Source: Seison nebaliae (Eukaryota). Taken from it: DNA of 55,484 bases. The DNA lies in assembly GCA_023231475.1 (NCBI GenBank), contig JALJEE010000507.1, positions 1 through 55,484 on the forward strand. The letters are read 5' to 3'. Under the pieces are notes generated by a model that saw only the letters and a list, made by a program, of their open reading frames with translations, was not told the origin of the DNA and did not search any database. The position numbers and the translations under genes are program-made. Below, piece after piece: positions 14,325-26,415 of the stretch. How positions within the stretch are numbered: the first letter of the stretch is position 1; every line of letters begins with the position of its first letter.

Positions 14325-15146
14325 ATGTTAAATGACCAATATCTCCTTCAATTCCCACCAATCGACGAACATATTCATAAGAAAAGTTTTTATTGTTCTT
14401 CTTCTTCTTCTTCTTCTTCAACTTATTGAAAACTAAAAGAAAAGAAGAAAAAAGAGAAACGTCATCATAAGAAGAAGAGTCATAAGGAAAAGAAGCATCG
14501 TCATAAAAAAAAGAAATCTAAAAAAAGTTCGAAGAAAAGTTTGAGGGAATCTAAAATGAATAACGAAACATCAACTTATCAACAAAATTTTCCTAATAAT
14601 CCTGATCCTACACAATATCAATTTCAGCTGAATAATAATAGGACGAACAGCGGTCATATAAAAGAGAAAGGATTTAAAACGGAAATGGTTAAAGCTTTCC
14701 TTAACGGTTTTCTGGAAGAGAAACGGGAAAAAACGATAAGTTCACATAAACCTCAAGAACCGTTCGGGAATTCTGATGGGAGATATGTGGCAAATATTCA
14801 ACATCCTCCTAAATATATTCCGAATAATAAGGAACAATACCCACAAACTTTCGTTCCACAATATGAAAATGCGGAGAATCATCAATATGAAAATTTTCCG
14901 ATTTATCAACCGAATGGAAATGTTTCAAAAGAATTTCCTTCGAATAATTTGAATAATCAATATGAAAATCTAAATTGGTACGATAATAATCCGTACGGTA
15001 ATAATCCAAATGATATTTATCCGCAACAAAGACAACAGTCTAGAAAAGAAAAAGCGAAAGAAATGTTTATGAAAGCTAAACCTGGATTGGAGATAGCGTT
15101 AAGAACTGCTGGAGTGGCAGTTGGAGTTGCCGGTTTTCTAATATAA
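14325..15146 (+). CDS. Orphan low-complexity protein A (Lys/His-rich N-terminus, N/Q/P/Y-rich middle, hydrophobic C-terminal helix), 2 exons
   Basis: ATG at 14325; intron 14386-14439 (GTTTTT...AAG) joins in frame to ORF 14541..15146; ends KEKAKEMFMKAKPGLEIALRTAGVAVGVAGFLI*. Confidence 0.7.
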
Positions 15147-15247
15147 TATAAAAAACGAATAATTTCTTCAATATGTAATTACCATCATTTTTCCATATTT
15201 TTCTAATCTTTTCTCCAATTCAATTAAATTAACTTTTTTTTAAACAG

Positions 15248-16243
15248 ATGTTTCCACAGATTCCCAATTCTTTAAATCAGCATCCATCTGATAATAATTA
15301 TGTGAAAACGAAGAGTGAAGAAAAAAAGAATAAACATAAATCAAAGAAAAAAAAAGAATCTCATCATCATCATCATCATCATCGTCATTCAGACACGAAT
15401 AATATTCCTGCCAATCAGCCAACATTAGTGTCGTGGAATAATTCATCAAATGAACATCCTCCTCTTCCCCCTCCGCTTATGGTAGCAGAACCAAAACTAA
15501 TGCATTTTCAACAACCGTCAAATTTCCAAGAAAAACCGCAATCACCTACTTTCCAATATCAACCACCAAATCAATACCCAATCAATTCCTTACAACACAC
15601 ATTATCATCACAAGATTTGGTACAATCGTCAGTTGATCGACCACCATTGAATAGATTTATGTCATCGGAAGAGGTATCAACAAATGAAACATCGAAAGCT
15701 TCAATCGGTCGTTTAGCAAAAAAATGGAGATCGAATACGGGAAAGAATAAAAATGTTCCAAATCCATGGAATTTGCCTCTCCAACAATCTCAGTATCAAC
15801 CAAATATGCCATTAGTTCCTTTTAATCAATCTTATGGATATCCATCTATATCTTCTCCGCCTCCCTATCAACTTAATCAATATCAAACACCATATAATTA
15901 TGCACAAAATAATTATGCACAAAATACTTATGCACAAAATAATTATGCACAAAATAATTATGCACAAAATTATTATGCGCAAAATAACTACCCACTAGAT
16001 AATTACTCTCAAAACAACTACCCAATATATCCGACAAATAATCAGAATTATGATCCATCTTCACAACAAAATTATCAGTACAATCCTCATTTATTTTCAA
16101 ATGTTAATCAAAATGCTCCGGCTGAAAAGGATGAATCATTGAAGGATAAAGTGAACAATTTTGTAAGCGACCATAAAGTACCTTTAATGGCGTTAGGCAA
16201 AACAGTTGAAATTGGATTAAATGTAGCTCAACTATTTGTATAA
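15248..16243 (+). CDS. Orphan low-complexity protein B, probable tandem paralogue of protein A, with NYAQN repeats
   Basis: 331-aa ORF with a basic/His-rich N-terminus, a Q/N/Y/P-rich body and the C-terminus KDKVNNFVSDHKVPLMALGKTVEIGLNVAQLFV*. A splice-acceptor-like TTTTTTTTAAACAG lies directly before the ATG. Confidence 0.75.
   Translation: MFPQIPNSLNQHPSDNNYVKTKSEEKKNKHKSKKKKESHHHHHHHRHSDTNNIPANQPTLVSWNNSSNEHPPLPPPLMVAEPKLMHFQQPSNFQEKPQSPTFQYQPPNQYPINSLQHTLSSQDLVQSSVDRPPLNRFMSSEEVSTNETSKASIGRLAKKWRSNTGKNKNVPNPWNLPLQQSQYQPNMPLVPFNQSYGYPSISSPPPYQLNQYQTPYNYAQNNYAQNTYAQNNYAQNNYAQNYYAQNNYPLDNYSQNNYPIYPTNNQNYDPSSQQNYQYNPHLFSNVNQNAPAEKDESLKDKVNNFVSDHKVPLMALGKTVEIGLNVAQLFV
15896..16030 (+). repeat. 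15-nt coding tandem repeat AATTATGCACAAAAT (NYAQN): 6 near-perfect plus 3 degenerate copies
   Basis: Read directly. Confidence 0.92.
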
Positions 16244-17064
16244 TTTTCTTTTATTGTTCCGGTACTTATCCGGTAATTGTTTATTTCTATAATAAAACTA
16301 ATTTCGTCAACTAATAAAACTATAATAATTTCACAGAGCAATAAAAAAAAGTGAAATATCTAACAAGTGAAATACAAAGATTTTTTAAATAAATTAAGTG
16401 TAACATTTCATCTAACAATATCTGCCTAACAGAAAAAATATAATAACCTAACAGTAATAACCTAATGCAAGAAAGACCTCATATGATGATAGTCCAAATT
16501 GAATGGAATATATATTATATTATTTTTCGTATAATCTTAATATAAATATTGATATTTTTAATAATTTTAGTCTAAATAAGTTTAGAATGAACTTAACTGG
16601 TTTTGAGTAAATAAACATCTAAATCAACTTTTCTCTTATATCTTATATTGTTTGACATGGTAAATCTTTGTATAATGCAAATTACTTTAATTCCCATTCA
16701 TTATGACCATATCCATCTCCATAACGTTAAACACTTAATTTTGTCATCTGGACCGATAACATACCTGACGATCGATCGAATATCTCTTGTGGAACTACAA
16801 CGTTTGATTGACATTAGTGATAACCTAAATTTTTTCATATTATTTTCCAATTTATACATCAGTTTAATATCATACTATTGGGAACTAATATTGGAATTAG
16901 ATAAATAAGATGTAGAACTTTATTGAATTAAAAATTTCATGATTATTTTGATAAAATTAATAAGCACATATTAAATTAATTAGAAATTTAAAATCTTATG
17001 TATAATTATATCTATAGTTTAATTTACTCCTTTGCATCAGGGCTCATTCAGGGAACATTCCCAT

Positions 17065-17400
17065 TCAGAAACCTGCCATCTCACCCATATCTCCCATTTC
17101 TTCTTGACCACCCATTCCCCCTGGACCACTCATACCTCCCATACCATTCATACCTCCTGGACCACTCATACCTCCCATTCCTGCTTGACCACTCATACCT
17201 CCCATTCCTCCTGGACCACTCATACCTCCCACCCCTCCAGGGCAGTTCATACCGTCAATGCCTCCTATCATTGGCATACCACCAGATTGCCCATTTCCTG
17301 CATTTTGACTAAAAAATCTCATTGGCGAAAAATTTTTAAATGCCGATTCTCCGTATGCCAACGTGAATGTAAGCAGGAGAATTATAATTGTAGTTTTCAT
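17065..17400 (-). CDS. Small secreted Gly/Met-rich repeat peptide (GGMSGPGGM repeats), possibly 3'-truncated
   Basis: Signal-peptide-like MKTTIIILLLTFTLAYG followed by 27-nt-period Gly/Met repeats; GC-rich relative to the flanks. Confidence 0.7.
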   Translation of the reverse strand: MKTTIIILLLTFTLAYGESAFKNFSPMRFFSQNAGNGQSGGMPMIGGIDGMNCPGGVGGMSGPGGMGGMSGQAGMGGMSGPGGMNGMGGMSGPGGMGGQEEMGDMGEMAGF

Positions 17401-17897
17401 GTTTAATGCTGTAGAAATATTGTATGGAACTATGGATTTTATATTCTTATAGAAGATATATACAAAATTTATATTCTTTTTACTAATACAATATTCTTTT
17501 ATACCATGGCGTATTTGTTTTTATCCCTGATATGATGTTCTTTTATGTCAATTTCTCAGATTGGTGTTATATGCAGTTAATTAAATTACAATTGACTAAA
17601 GAAATCAATTTATGGCTAACAAGGATATACACCTAACAAGGTATACCAACCGTTGATTTCTGAAAATTATGTAGGTAAGAAAAATAAAGTTAAATTGATT
17701 TGTAGATTATCTTATCCTAAATCAAAAAGTATTACACCAGGTTTTTGATCTTTTTATGTCCTGTATATAGATGTTGATTTATGTATATCATTTTTATAGA
17801 ATATGAGAACAAATATTAACAATTTAAATTTATAATTATTTACGATGAGAACAATAATAATATTAAAAAGATTGAGGATCAGATTGAAGCAAGATAT

Positions 17898-18654
17898 TTA
17901 TTGTTGATTAAATATTGTAGGAAGGTCGACTCCTAAACTTTTATAAAAACTTAATATTTCTGGATGTTTAATTATAAAATCCAAAGCTGAAAAATAAGAG
18001 GATTAAGTGAACAAGAAACGTCTGATAATTTACTAACCAATACAGCTTTTGGCTATATCGACATAACCTTTACAACATGATACAATATCACATTTATGCT
18101 TCTCTGTCACAGGAATATTATTCATGATATATTCTTCACCAATCCTAAAAAATAAATATAATTAATAATATACGAAGAAATAGAGAATATACTTCGTTTT
18201 AATGGCATATCTGGTGCATGTAGTGGCACCCAGAAAACCGCAATCTTCGTGTCCAACTTTCAGTTTGATATAATGAATATGAGTAACATGTTTAATTACT
18301 GTCTGTAAAACGATTGTATCGGTATTATTAAGATGTGAATGTGAAGCACAACAAAAATGTCTGGAAAAAATTGATAATTATTTCAACAGAAATTCTTTTA
18401 ACGAATTATCGCCTCTAGATATTTGGGACTTCAATCGTGCAACTTCTTCTTGTAGAATTAAAGGATAATCTTTCAATTTAAGTTGTTTATCAAGTTCTTC
18501 AATTTCATATCGTATTTTATCAACATTTTGCAGATTGGTCTAAATTGATTAAAATAATATTATTAGAAATTGCTGTAAACGAATAATTACAAACCACAAT
18601 TTTACATGTGATGATGGAAAAAGTAAATATTATAGCTAATAAGAAATGTCTCAT
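17898..18654 (-). CDS. Secreted EMI-domain (CCxGY) protein, 5 exons, 186 aa
   Basis: Exons 18654-18595, 18539-18403, 18360-18193, 18144-18038 and 17986-17898 splice in frame (561 nt): MRHFLLAIIFTFSIITC..., a coiled coil, then HFCC...CGFLGATTCTRY...KC..SCCKGYVDIAKSCI.... The Cys pattern and CCxGY motif are typical of EMI domains. Confidence 0.75.
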
Positions 18655-19707
18655 TTTTTCATTAGAGTTTCGATTTGAAATTAAATTTTTATGTATTTTT
18701 AAATAAAGTTTGAAAAGACAAATTGACATTTGGTCAGTATCTCATCTATAAATACTGTCTAATTTAATTCTCCCATTCTGAAAATTAGAAGAAATTAATA
18801 TAGTTTTCTAAAACAGTTTTAATGGCTCAATTCTCAAGTTATTTTATTAGAATTTATTTCATTTCTGCAAAAAAAGATCTCAATAATTTAATCATTTCAA
18901 CTTTTCCATCTATTAAAAGTTGTTATTAATTAACTATTGGACAAAGGCGATTAAAATAAAACAAACTTATTTTTAAATTTAATTAATTTTTTTTTTGATT
19001 ATTGTAAGTAATATTTATCGATTGAAATCGTAGTTTGGAGTTTGGTATTAGGTATTAGGTATTAGGTCAATGATGAATACTATTCATAGAATAGGAAGGA
19101 ACTAATTTCGTACTATTTAAAAATGTAACTATTGGTTACTATGGACAATGGAAATGTGAAGGATAATCGTATGGAAATTATACGGTCAACAAGGTCAGCA
19201 TGTTACTACGAAGCAGGTTGAGTTTCTCCTTAAATTTAGGAAGAAAAAGAGTTAGCTTGAGTAAATAAGAAACGAAGAGAAATTAATAAATATTTCACAA
19301 CTAAAATTGCAAAGTCCATACTCCATTTAGTTGTGTGAAGAATTTTATTTGAAAGGAGAATTTTTTTCAAATAATTTCGTTCTTACAAATTTATGTTTCT
19401 CAATAAATTTTCCAATATGTTACGCAATAGATTTGATATTGCACGTTAGAACTTGTTGTTACATGTGTATTGATGAAATTAAATTATATAAATTAAAATA
19501 ACAAACATTGGACGCTACTTTAAAATTTTGTATTCAATTTTCATCATCAATCGTAAGAGTAACTGGATTTGATGATATGAATTAAAATTTAGAAACATTT
19601 TAAGTTTCTATTTCATTTTGTAGGCTTGTCCTTATCACGCATCAGAAGTGATTACATAATTGACATTTCATAAGAATTTCTATTGGCAGAGAAATTATTT
19701 AGAAAAA

Positions 19708-22700
19708 ATGAAGAGGAAAATGAAAGTGAATATAACAGCTCCTCCTCTCATTCATGAGAGTGAATCAGATTGTGATGATGAATCGAGTGATGAAACAACA
19801 TCTGATGAATCCATGTCATGGACAGATGAAGAGAATGACAAAATATTATTTCAAAAAGATTCAATTATTGCAGTGCGATCAGATAGTGCGGAACAACCGT
19901 TTTATTTATGTCGAATAAAAAAAGATATCACGTCGAAAACGGAGAGCGTACCAGCTCAATGGTTATTGAGTCGATTTGATGATTTATCGTTAGAGAAATT
20001 ACAATATCGTTTGGGATATATGGACCAAGTGAAAACCGATACGATTATCGGTCCAGTTGTCATGATTCAAAAGAAGGCGAATGTCGGTCTCGTTTATTTC
20101 GAATTGCCAGTCGATGAATACGGAATGTTATTGACATTATTGAAACGAGACAAAATATTTTTGGGAGATCTCCAAAAATTAAGGAAAAGTTTAACGAAAG
20201 AAAAAGATAAAATTAAATTAACAAAACCGTTACCGAAATTAGAAACGGAATTGGCAGCAGCGTCTAAATTGACTACTACTGATGATACACCGTTAGCGAC
20301 GAAAGATAAAAAATCGTCTTGCTCATCATCATCCTCCAAAGATATAACTCGTGAATCGTCATTGGTGAAGAAGAATTCAATTATAAAAGTTCCATCAATT
20401 CCGAAGAAAATTTTAGAACGCGAAAAAGATGAAGAAGAAAATGGAGAGATTATGGAAATTAATGTTGATATGAATGATGGAAATGTTGATGAAAATGTTG
20501 TTGTTGTAATCGAAAAAAAAGTAGAAAAAGAAAATTTAAAAAAAAATTTACCATCATTACCAAAACCATCATCATCATCGGATGATGATAGTGTAGATGA
20601 GAGTAGAAATGGTTCGTTTGATAAGAAATTGAGACGATCAGAACAAGCGAGAAAACGAATGAAGGAATTATTTGCAGAATTTCATAAAGTCAGTTCGGAA
20701 ATGGATCGAGATGAGAAAAGAAAATTGAAAAGAGATCCCACATTCAATATCATAAATTTTATGATGTTTTCATCTTCATCTGGTGATTCTAGTTCATTAG
20801 AAGATGATAGTAGTAATGAAGAAACGGTGATGAGAAAGAGAAGGAAAAGAACGAAAATATCGACGAAAACTGGTGGTAAGCGAGTGAGGAAGAGTGGAGT
20901 GACAAAGAAGAAACCGAAAATGAAACGATTTTATTCAAATAAATATTTGACTGTCGTTCCTACCTTAAAAGTTTATGATGTTAATCCGTTTTATGAAGAT
21001 GAGAAAATGACACCGCCAAAAAATCTCTCAATTTTCTCCCAATACAAATTGGTGACGAGAGCTGTCATTCTCAATGATATTGGAATGTTGAAGAAATTGA
21101 TGAAGGATTATGATAATATTTGCACATTACAAAGCGTTCGATCTGTTGTTGATGAAAGAACTCCTATCAATTTTGCTATGGATAATAATCGATTAGATAT
21201 GGTGAAATTATTGATTGAAGACGCTCGAAATGGAAGTTCAGGTAGTACCGATAAAACACGAACAAAATTACCAGCAGTTATGATGAGTTCGATTCAAACT
21301 GGTCATTATGATCGACGAATGTTGGGACATGGAATTCGAGAGATATGTATATCTCGTGGTTCACGTGAAGGAAATAATGCATTGACGAAAGATTTATCAA
21401 TTATTTCAGGATATTCATATTCAAGAATGGATTTGATGGAATATATCAAATATGCAGGAGAGAATGGTTGTAATATGGAAATATTTGAATATTTATTTGA
21501 AGAATTAGGAGATACAAATTTTTATCAGACAGCACAATTATTTCCATTATTAGTCTCATCTGGAAATTATCGATTGGCAAGTAAATTTTTGAAAATATCA
21601 CAAAATAATAAAGCATATTTTCAAGTGAATCGTCATCATGAAGAATCATTAGAGGAAAATATCGATTTGGATGAAACACCAAAAGTGAGTCGATTAACTT
21701 CCGTTACGAAGAAATCAGCAGTAGAATGTGATTGTATTACTCCCATTCATTGTGCGGCAGCTAATCCGAATGTGAAATTATTGAAACGATTATTAGATGT
21801 AGTGGCTGATATAAATATTATCGATAAACGCGATCGACGACCAATCCATATCGCAGCGGCTTGTGAGAGTCCAGATCCGTTGAAATTGTTGATGAATCGT
21901 GGGGCATCATATACGTGTATAATGAAAGAAGGATTATTGCCCGTACACATAGCGGCCAAATATGGTCGATATCTTAATTTGGAAGTGATTCTTCGACAGG
22001 CCACTCGTGACCATAATCGATTGAGATTGACAGCTGAAAGACAAGCGAAATTACGAGAAGAGAAATTGAGAAAAGAAAATGAAAAAAAGAAAGACGATTC
22101 GTCACTTACTCATAAAATCGATAATGATGATGATAAATCATCAATAGATGAAATGAATGATAATGATGGTGATGGTAGTGGTGGTGATGGTGAAGATGAA
22201 CCGATATTCACTTCGGCTATTTTAGATAAAGTTCCCGAACCAGAAACATTGGATCGATTAGGAATTGGAAGTGTAAATCGAACATCAAGAAACGGTTTCG
22301 CTGCCATTCATTATGCGGCGAAATCAGGTTGCTGGAATAGTATTCGAGTTTTAATCCGATTTCATGCACGAGTAAATTTACCAGCTACTGGTACGGCGAA
22401 TGGTGGAGTGACAGCATTGATGATAGCCGCACAATATGGTCATTTGAATATCGTAAAAAATTTAATAGAAGTTGAAAATGTTCGAGCTGAATCATTTGAT
22501 CGTTTTCGTCGTTCACCATTAATTCATGCTTGTATGTGTGATCAAGCACATATTTTGTCTTATCTCCTTCATCTCGGTTGTGACGTAAATAGTTGTGATT
22601 CATCCAATAATTCTGCTTTACATTATGCCGCCGCTTATGGTAGTTGGTATTGTGTGGACATGTTATTATCACATGAGAAAGTAGAAGTGGATGTGAGGAA

Positions 22701-25700
22701 TATTTGGCAATTCACTCCATTAGCTGTGGCAGCATTGAAAGGACATAATGAAATAATGACGTTATTATTGACGAAAGGTAAAGCGAATATCGATTTGGTT
22801 GATGGTGATGGACGATCATTATTATTATGTCTTATATCGTTGGGGAAAAGAAGTGAACATTTATTTTCACAAATAAAACATCTCCATGAGAAGTATGGGG
22901 CGAAATTGGACATTATCGATTTTCATGGAAATAATATTTTCCATTTACTCTACGATTGTTTTGGAGAAGAGACGTTAAAAGAGAATTATGAGAAATTATT
23001 CGATTATACATATGGGAAATTGGGAAAAGAAGCGTTTATTGCGAAGAATAATGATTTGATGACACCGATGGATCTCGCAGTTCAATCATCTAATTTTTTC
23101 TTTATAAATCATTTCCTTTCCGATAAATTCGATTCGATCATCTACAAAGATTTAGTATCATTAGAGAAAATGGAGGAAAAGAAATCATTCCAATCAATCA
23201 TTCATAAAATCATCTCACAAATTAATCAAAATATCAATTCTCTCGAATTATCTTTCGATTTAATTTCACTTCTTATCAAAAAATTCGAGAAGGAAGTCAA
23301 ACGAATTCTTAACATTCGTTCACCACAATCACCACTTCAACTGTTATTGACCAAATTGAGATTATTAGACTCATGTAAATTGAATGAGAAGAAAAGTTGG
23401 TTGAAAATCTTCATGAAATTATTCGACATTCTTTATGAAATGAATCCCACCGTTTGTCGATTAACTGATTCATTCTCTCCTCGAACATTGAAGGAAGCTG
23501 AAGAGAATCAATATTATAAACAACCAGAAAATATCGAATTAGCTGACGAATTGAACAAGACAAAATCCGGTCATCATATCACTATTTCTTTATTGGAAAC
23601 GATTTATGAATATCGTCAATCCACCCTCATTTTCAATGAATTGATCGATAAAATTTATTTGAAAATCATCAAAGAAGTTCTCCCCAAAAAATGGTTAAAT
23701 GATTATAGTAACGGTGCGAGTCATTCATCATTCTATTATCATATTCTCTCCAAATTCGACTCGATCACTCCTCGAACTCTGTTGGAATTGGTGGAGAAAT
23801 TTATGAAGAAATTCGAAACTTCGTCATTTGAATTTCTAGAGCAATTATTCTGTGAGGAATTGATGGATGAAAAGAAAGAGAAAGTCATTCGTCCTTTCCG
23901 GAACATTTTAATCGAATTATCGAAAACTGAACAATGGAATCGATTAGAAGCATTATTAACAGTGAAACCGTTTGATGGTTTAATGTCGAAGAAAGTGAAA
24001 ATTGCCGCCGATCCACAAACCAATAAACAATTACTCCATTATCTTGCCGAGAATCGTGAGGAGAATGATTTGATAATGAAATTGATGGAATTGTTAACGA
24101 ACAAATTCAAATGTGACATTAACGCCACAACAAAATCGATGGTAGAAGATGAGAAAGATCTTCATTTGATGACACCGTTACATTATGCTGTGAGGAATTG
24201 TGACAAGTCGTTGAGTGGATCTAATAAGAAATTACGTTTCCTCTTATCAAATGGAGCAGATGTGGAGAAAGTGAATTCATTCGGTCATTTGCCATTGGCA
24301 CTTGCATTCAACACACCAAATTTAGAACCAGCATTAATTTGTACTGATTTCATGACATTACCAAATAATATTTTATTGAAAATGATGAAGACGAAAGATA
24401 AAGGAGGACGAACTCTTTTACATTTAGCCGCTGCAACCAATTCTTTAGTTTGTATGGGACATTTCATCCGTCGCGGTTCCCGTTTCGATCAATTGACAAA
24501 AGAAAAAAATTCAGTTTTAGCTTATGCTGTCCAATGTGGTAATTCGAATACGGTAATGGATATTCTCAATCGATTAGAAGAGAAAGATGAACATTTATTA
24601 TTCGGAAAATTTTATGATGATTCCGTCTCATCACAATACGCTCACATTTTTGCCAATTATAATGCGCTCATCAATTATCGAAAAATCGATAAGACACCAG
24701 CAGATCAATGTAAAATGTATCCGGGAGTAATCGCCATGGAGAATAGAGAAGTATTTCCGTCGAAAGCATTCCTCTGGTTACCCGCTATTAAAACCATGAA
24801 AAACGGTAATTATATCGATAATGGAATCGACTTAACAAAAACAATTTTCGAAAAAAATTGGTCGAATGTCATTCTGACGTTATTGGACATTTGTCATCGA
24901 ATGCTCAATTCGGATGACGAGTCACAATTGAAGAATATTGTGACGTTTTTGAAAGTTAAATTTTTTTTAAAATTAATTTGAAAATTTTGGAAAATAATTT
25001 ATTTTCTTTTTCTTTCCAGTTGTTATGTACACACAAATTGACCGGAGTCTTCCAAAATATTTTAGAAGTTTTCAATCGTTATTCCAAACGAGGTTTAATT
25101 TTCACTCTTTTTATTATTTTCATTCCATCATTTTGTTAGATATGTTCAAGAGAATTGTCATCGAAGAAGGATTTCTTCTTCATCATCTCGCCAAATGTCA
25201 ATTATCTTATGAGGAATTGAATGTTAAATTTCATATTTAATTATTAATTAATTATCAATTAATTGTTTCAGGTTTATATGAAATCGTTGAGGAAATATTG
25301 GGACATTCATCAGAAGGACGAGAATGGAGCTACCGTTTTCCATTTGGCAGCACTCCATCATAATCGAATACTACTCCGATATTTATGTTCGTTATTTGAA
25401 ATTCATTTGACAATTTCATTATTTTCCCGACAGTTTCCAATAAATTGTTTAGGGAGAATTTGGTTTGTGGGAAAGGATATTTCCCGTTAGGTCTCATGCT
25501 CTGGAGTTTCGATACGACAGAAAAGGAAATAATGTTAATTTTCATTTGATATTCCTCTCTTAATTTACGAGAAATATTTAGAGATTCATATGAAATCATG
25601 TTCAGAAATTGTGAAGATTCGGTGGATTGTATTGGGAAATTGATGTCGTTCCCATCGACCGATCTCAACACATTCCAATATAATACGGAAATCTCCAAAT

Positions 25701-26378
25701 TGGATGCATACAATTCCGACGGTTTTTATTTTCCCCATATTTTTCCCGAATTATTTCAATTTATTTCAATTTCAGATTCTAAAAAGTTGAAATCGATGAC
25801 ACCATTATTACGATGTGTTTATAAAGGAAAGATGGAATTGGTTCGATATTTCCTCTCCAAGGACTTGGCATTTCAAGCCATCAATGTTGGTGATGATGTT
25901 GTTGGCGATACACCATTGATGGTCGCCATTCGTAGGAATGATCATTATCTTTTGAAAATTTTATTAAATTGGAAATTTAAAATCCGTTGGCATTATTTGT
26001 GGAAGAAAGAGGAAATTTCGCGTATTCAGAAGAAAATGGCGAAAGTAGTTCAAAAAAAAGCGAAATTAATTCATTTCGATTCAGCCACTAAACAACCGGA
26101 CGAAGATAAGGAAGATGAAGAAATGAAGAATGTTGAAAAGAATTCTTTACCATCAGATAAAGATGAAACGGAAGAGGAAGAAGAATTGTCAGAAGAAGTG
26201 TCAGAAGAAGAAGAAGAAGAAGAAGAAGAAGAAGAAGATGGAATTGTAAAACATAAATTTGGAAGTATGACTAGTAGTGAATTTGGTGGACATGATCCAT
26301 CTTATAAACCGAAAAATATTGATGATGATGATGATGAAAATGATGATGATGAAGACGATTATGATGATGAAGACGATT

Positions 26379-26415
<37 letters not shown>

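Noticed and set aside
16998..17406. Plus-strand ORFs with DHSYLP and TTHTSH repeats
   Set aside because: Antisense shadows of the Gly/Met repeat gene, which has the ATG and signal peptide on the minus strand.
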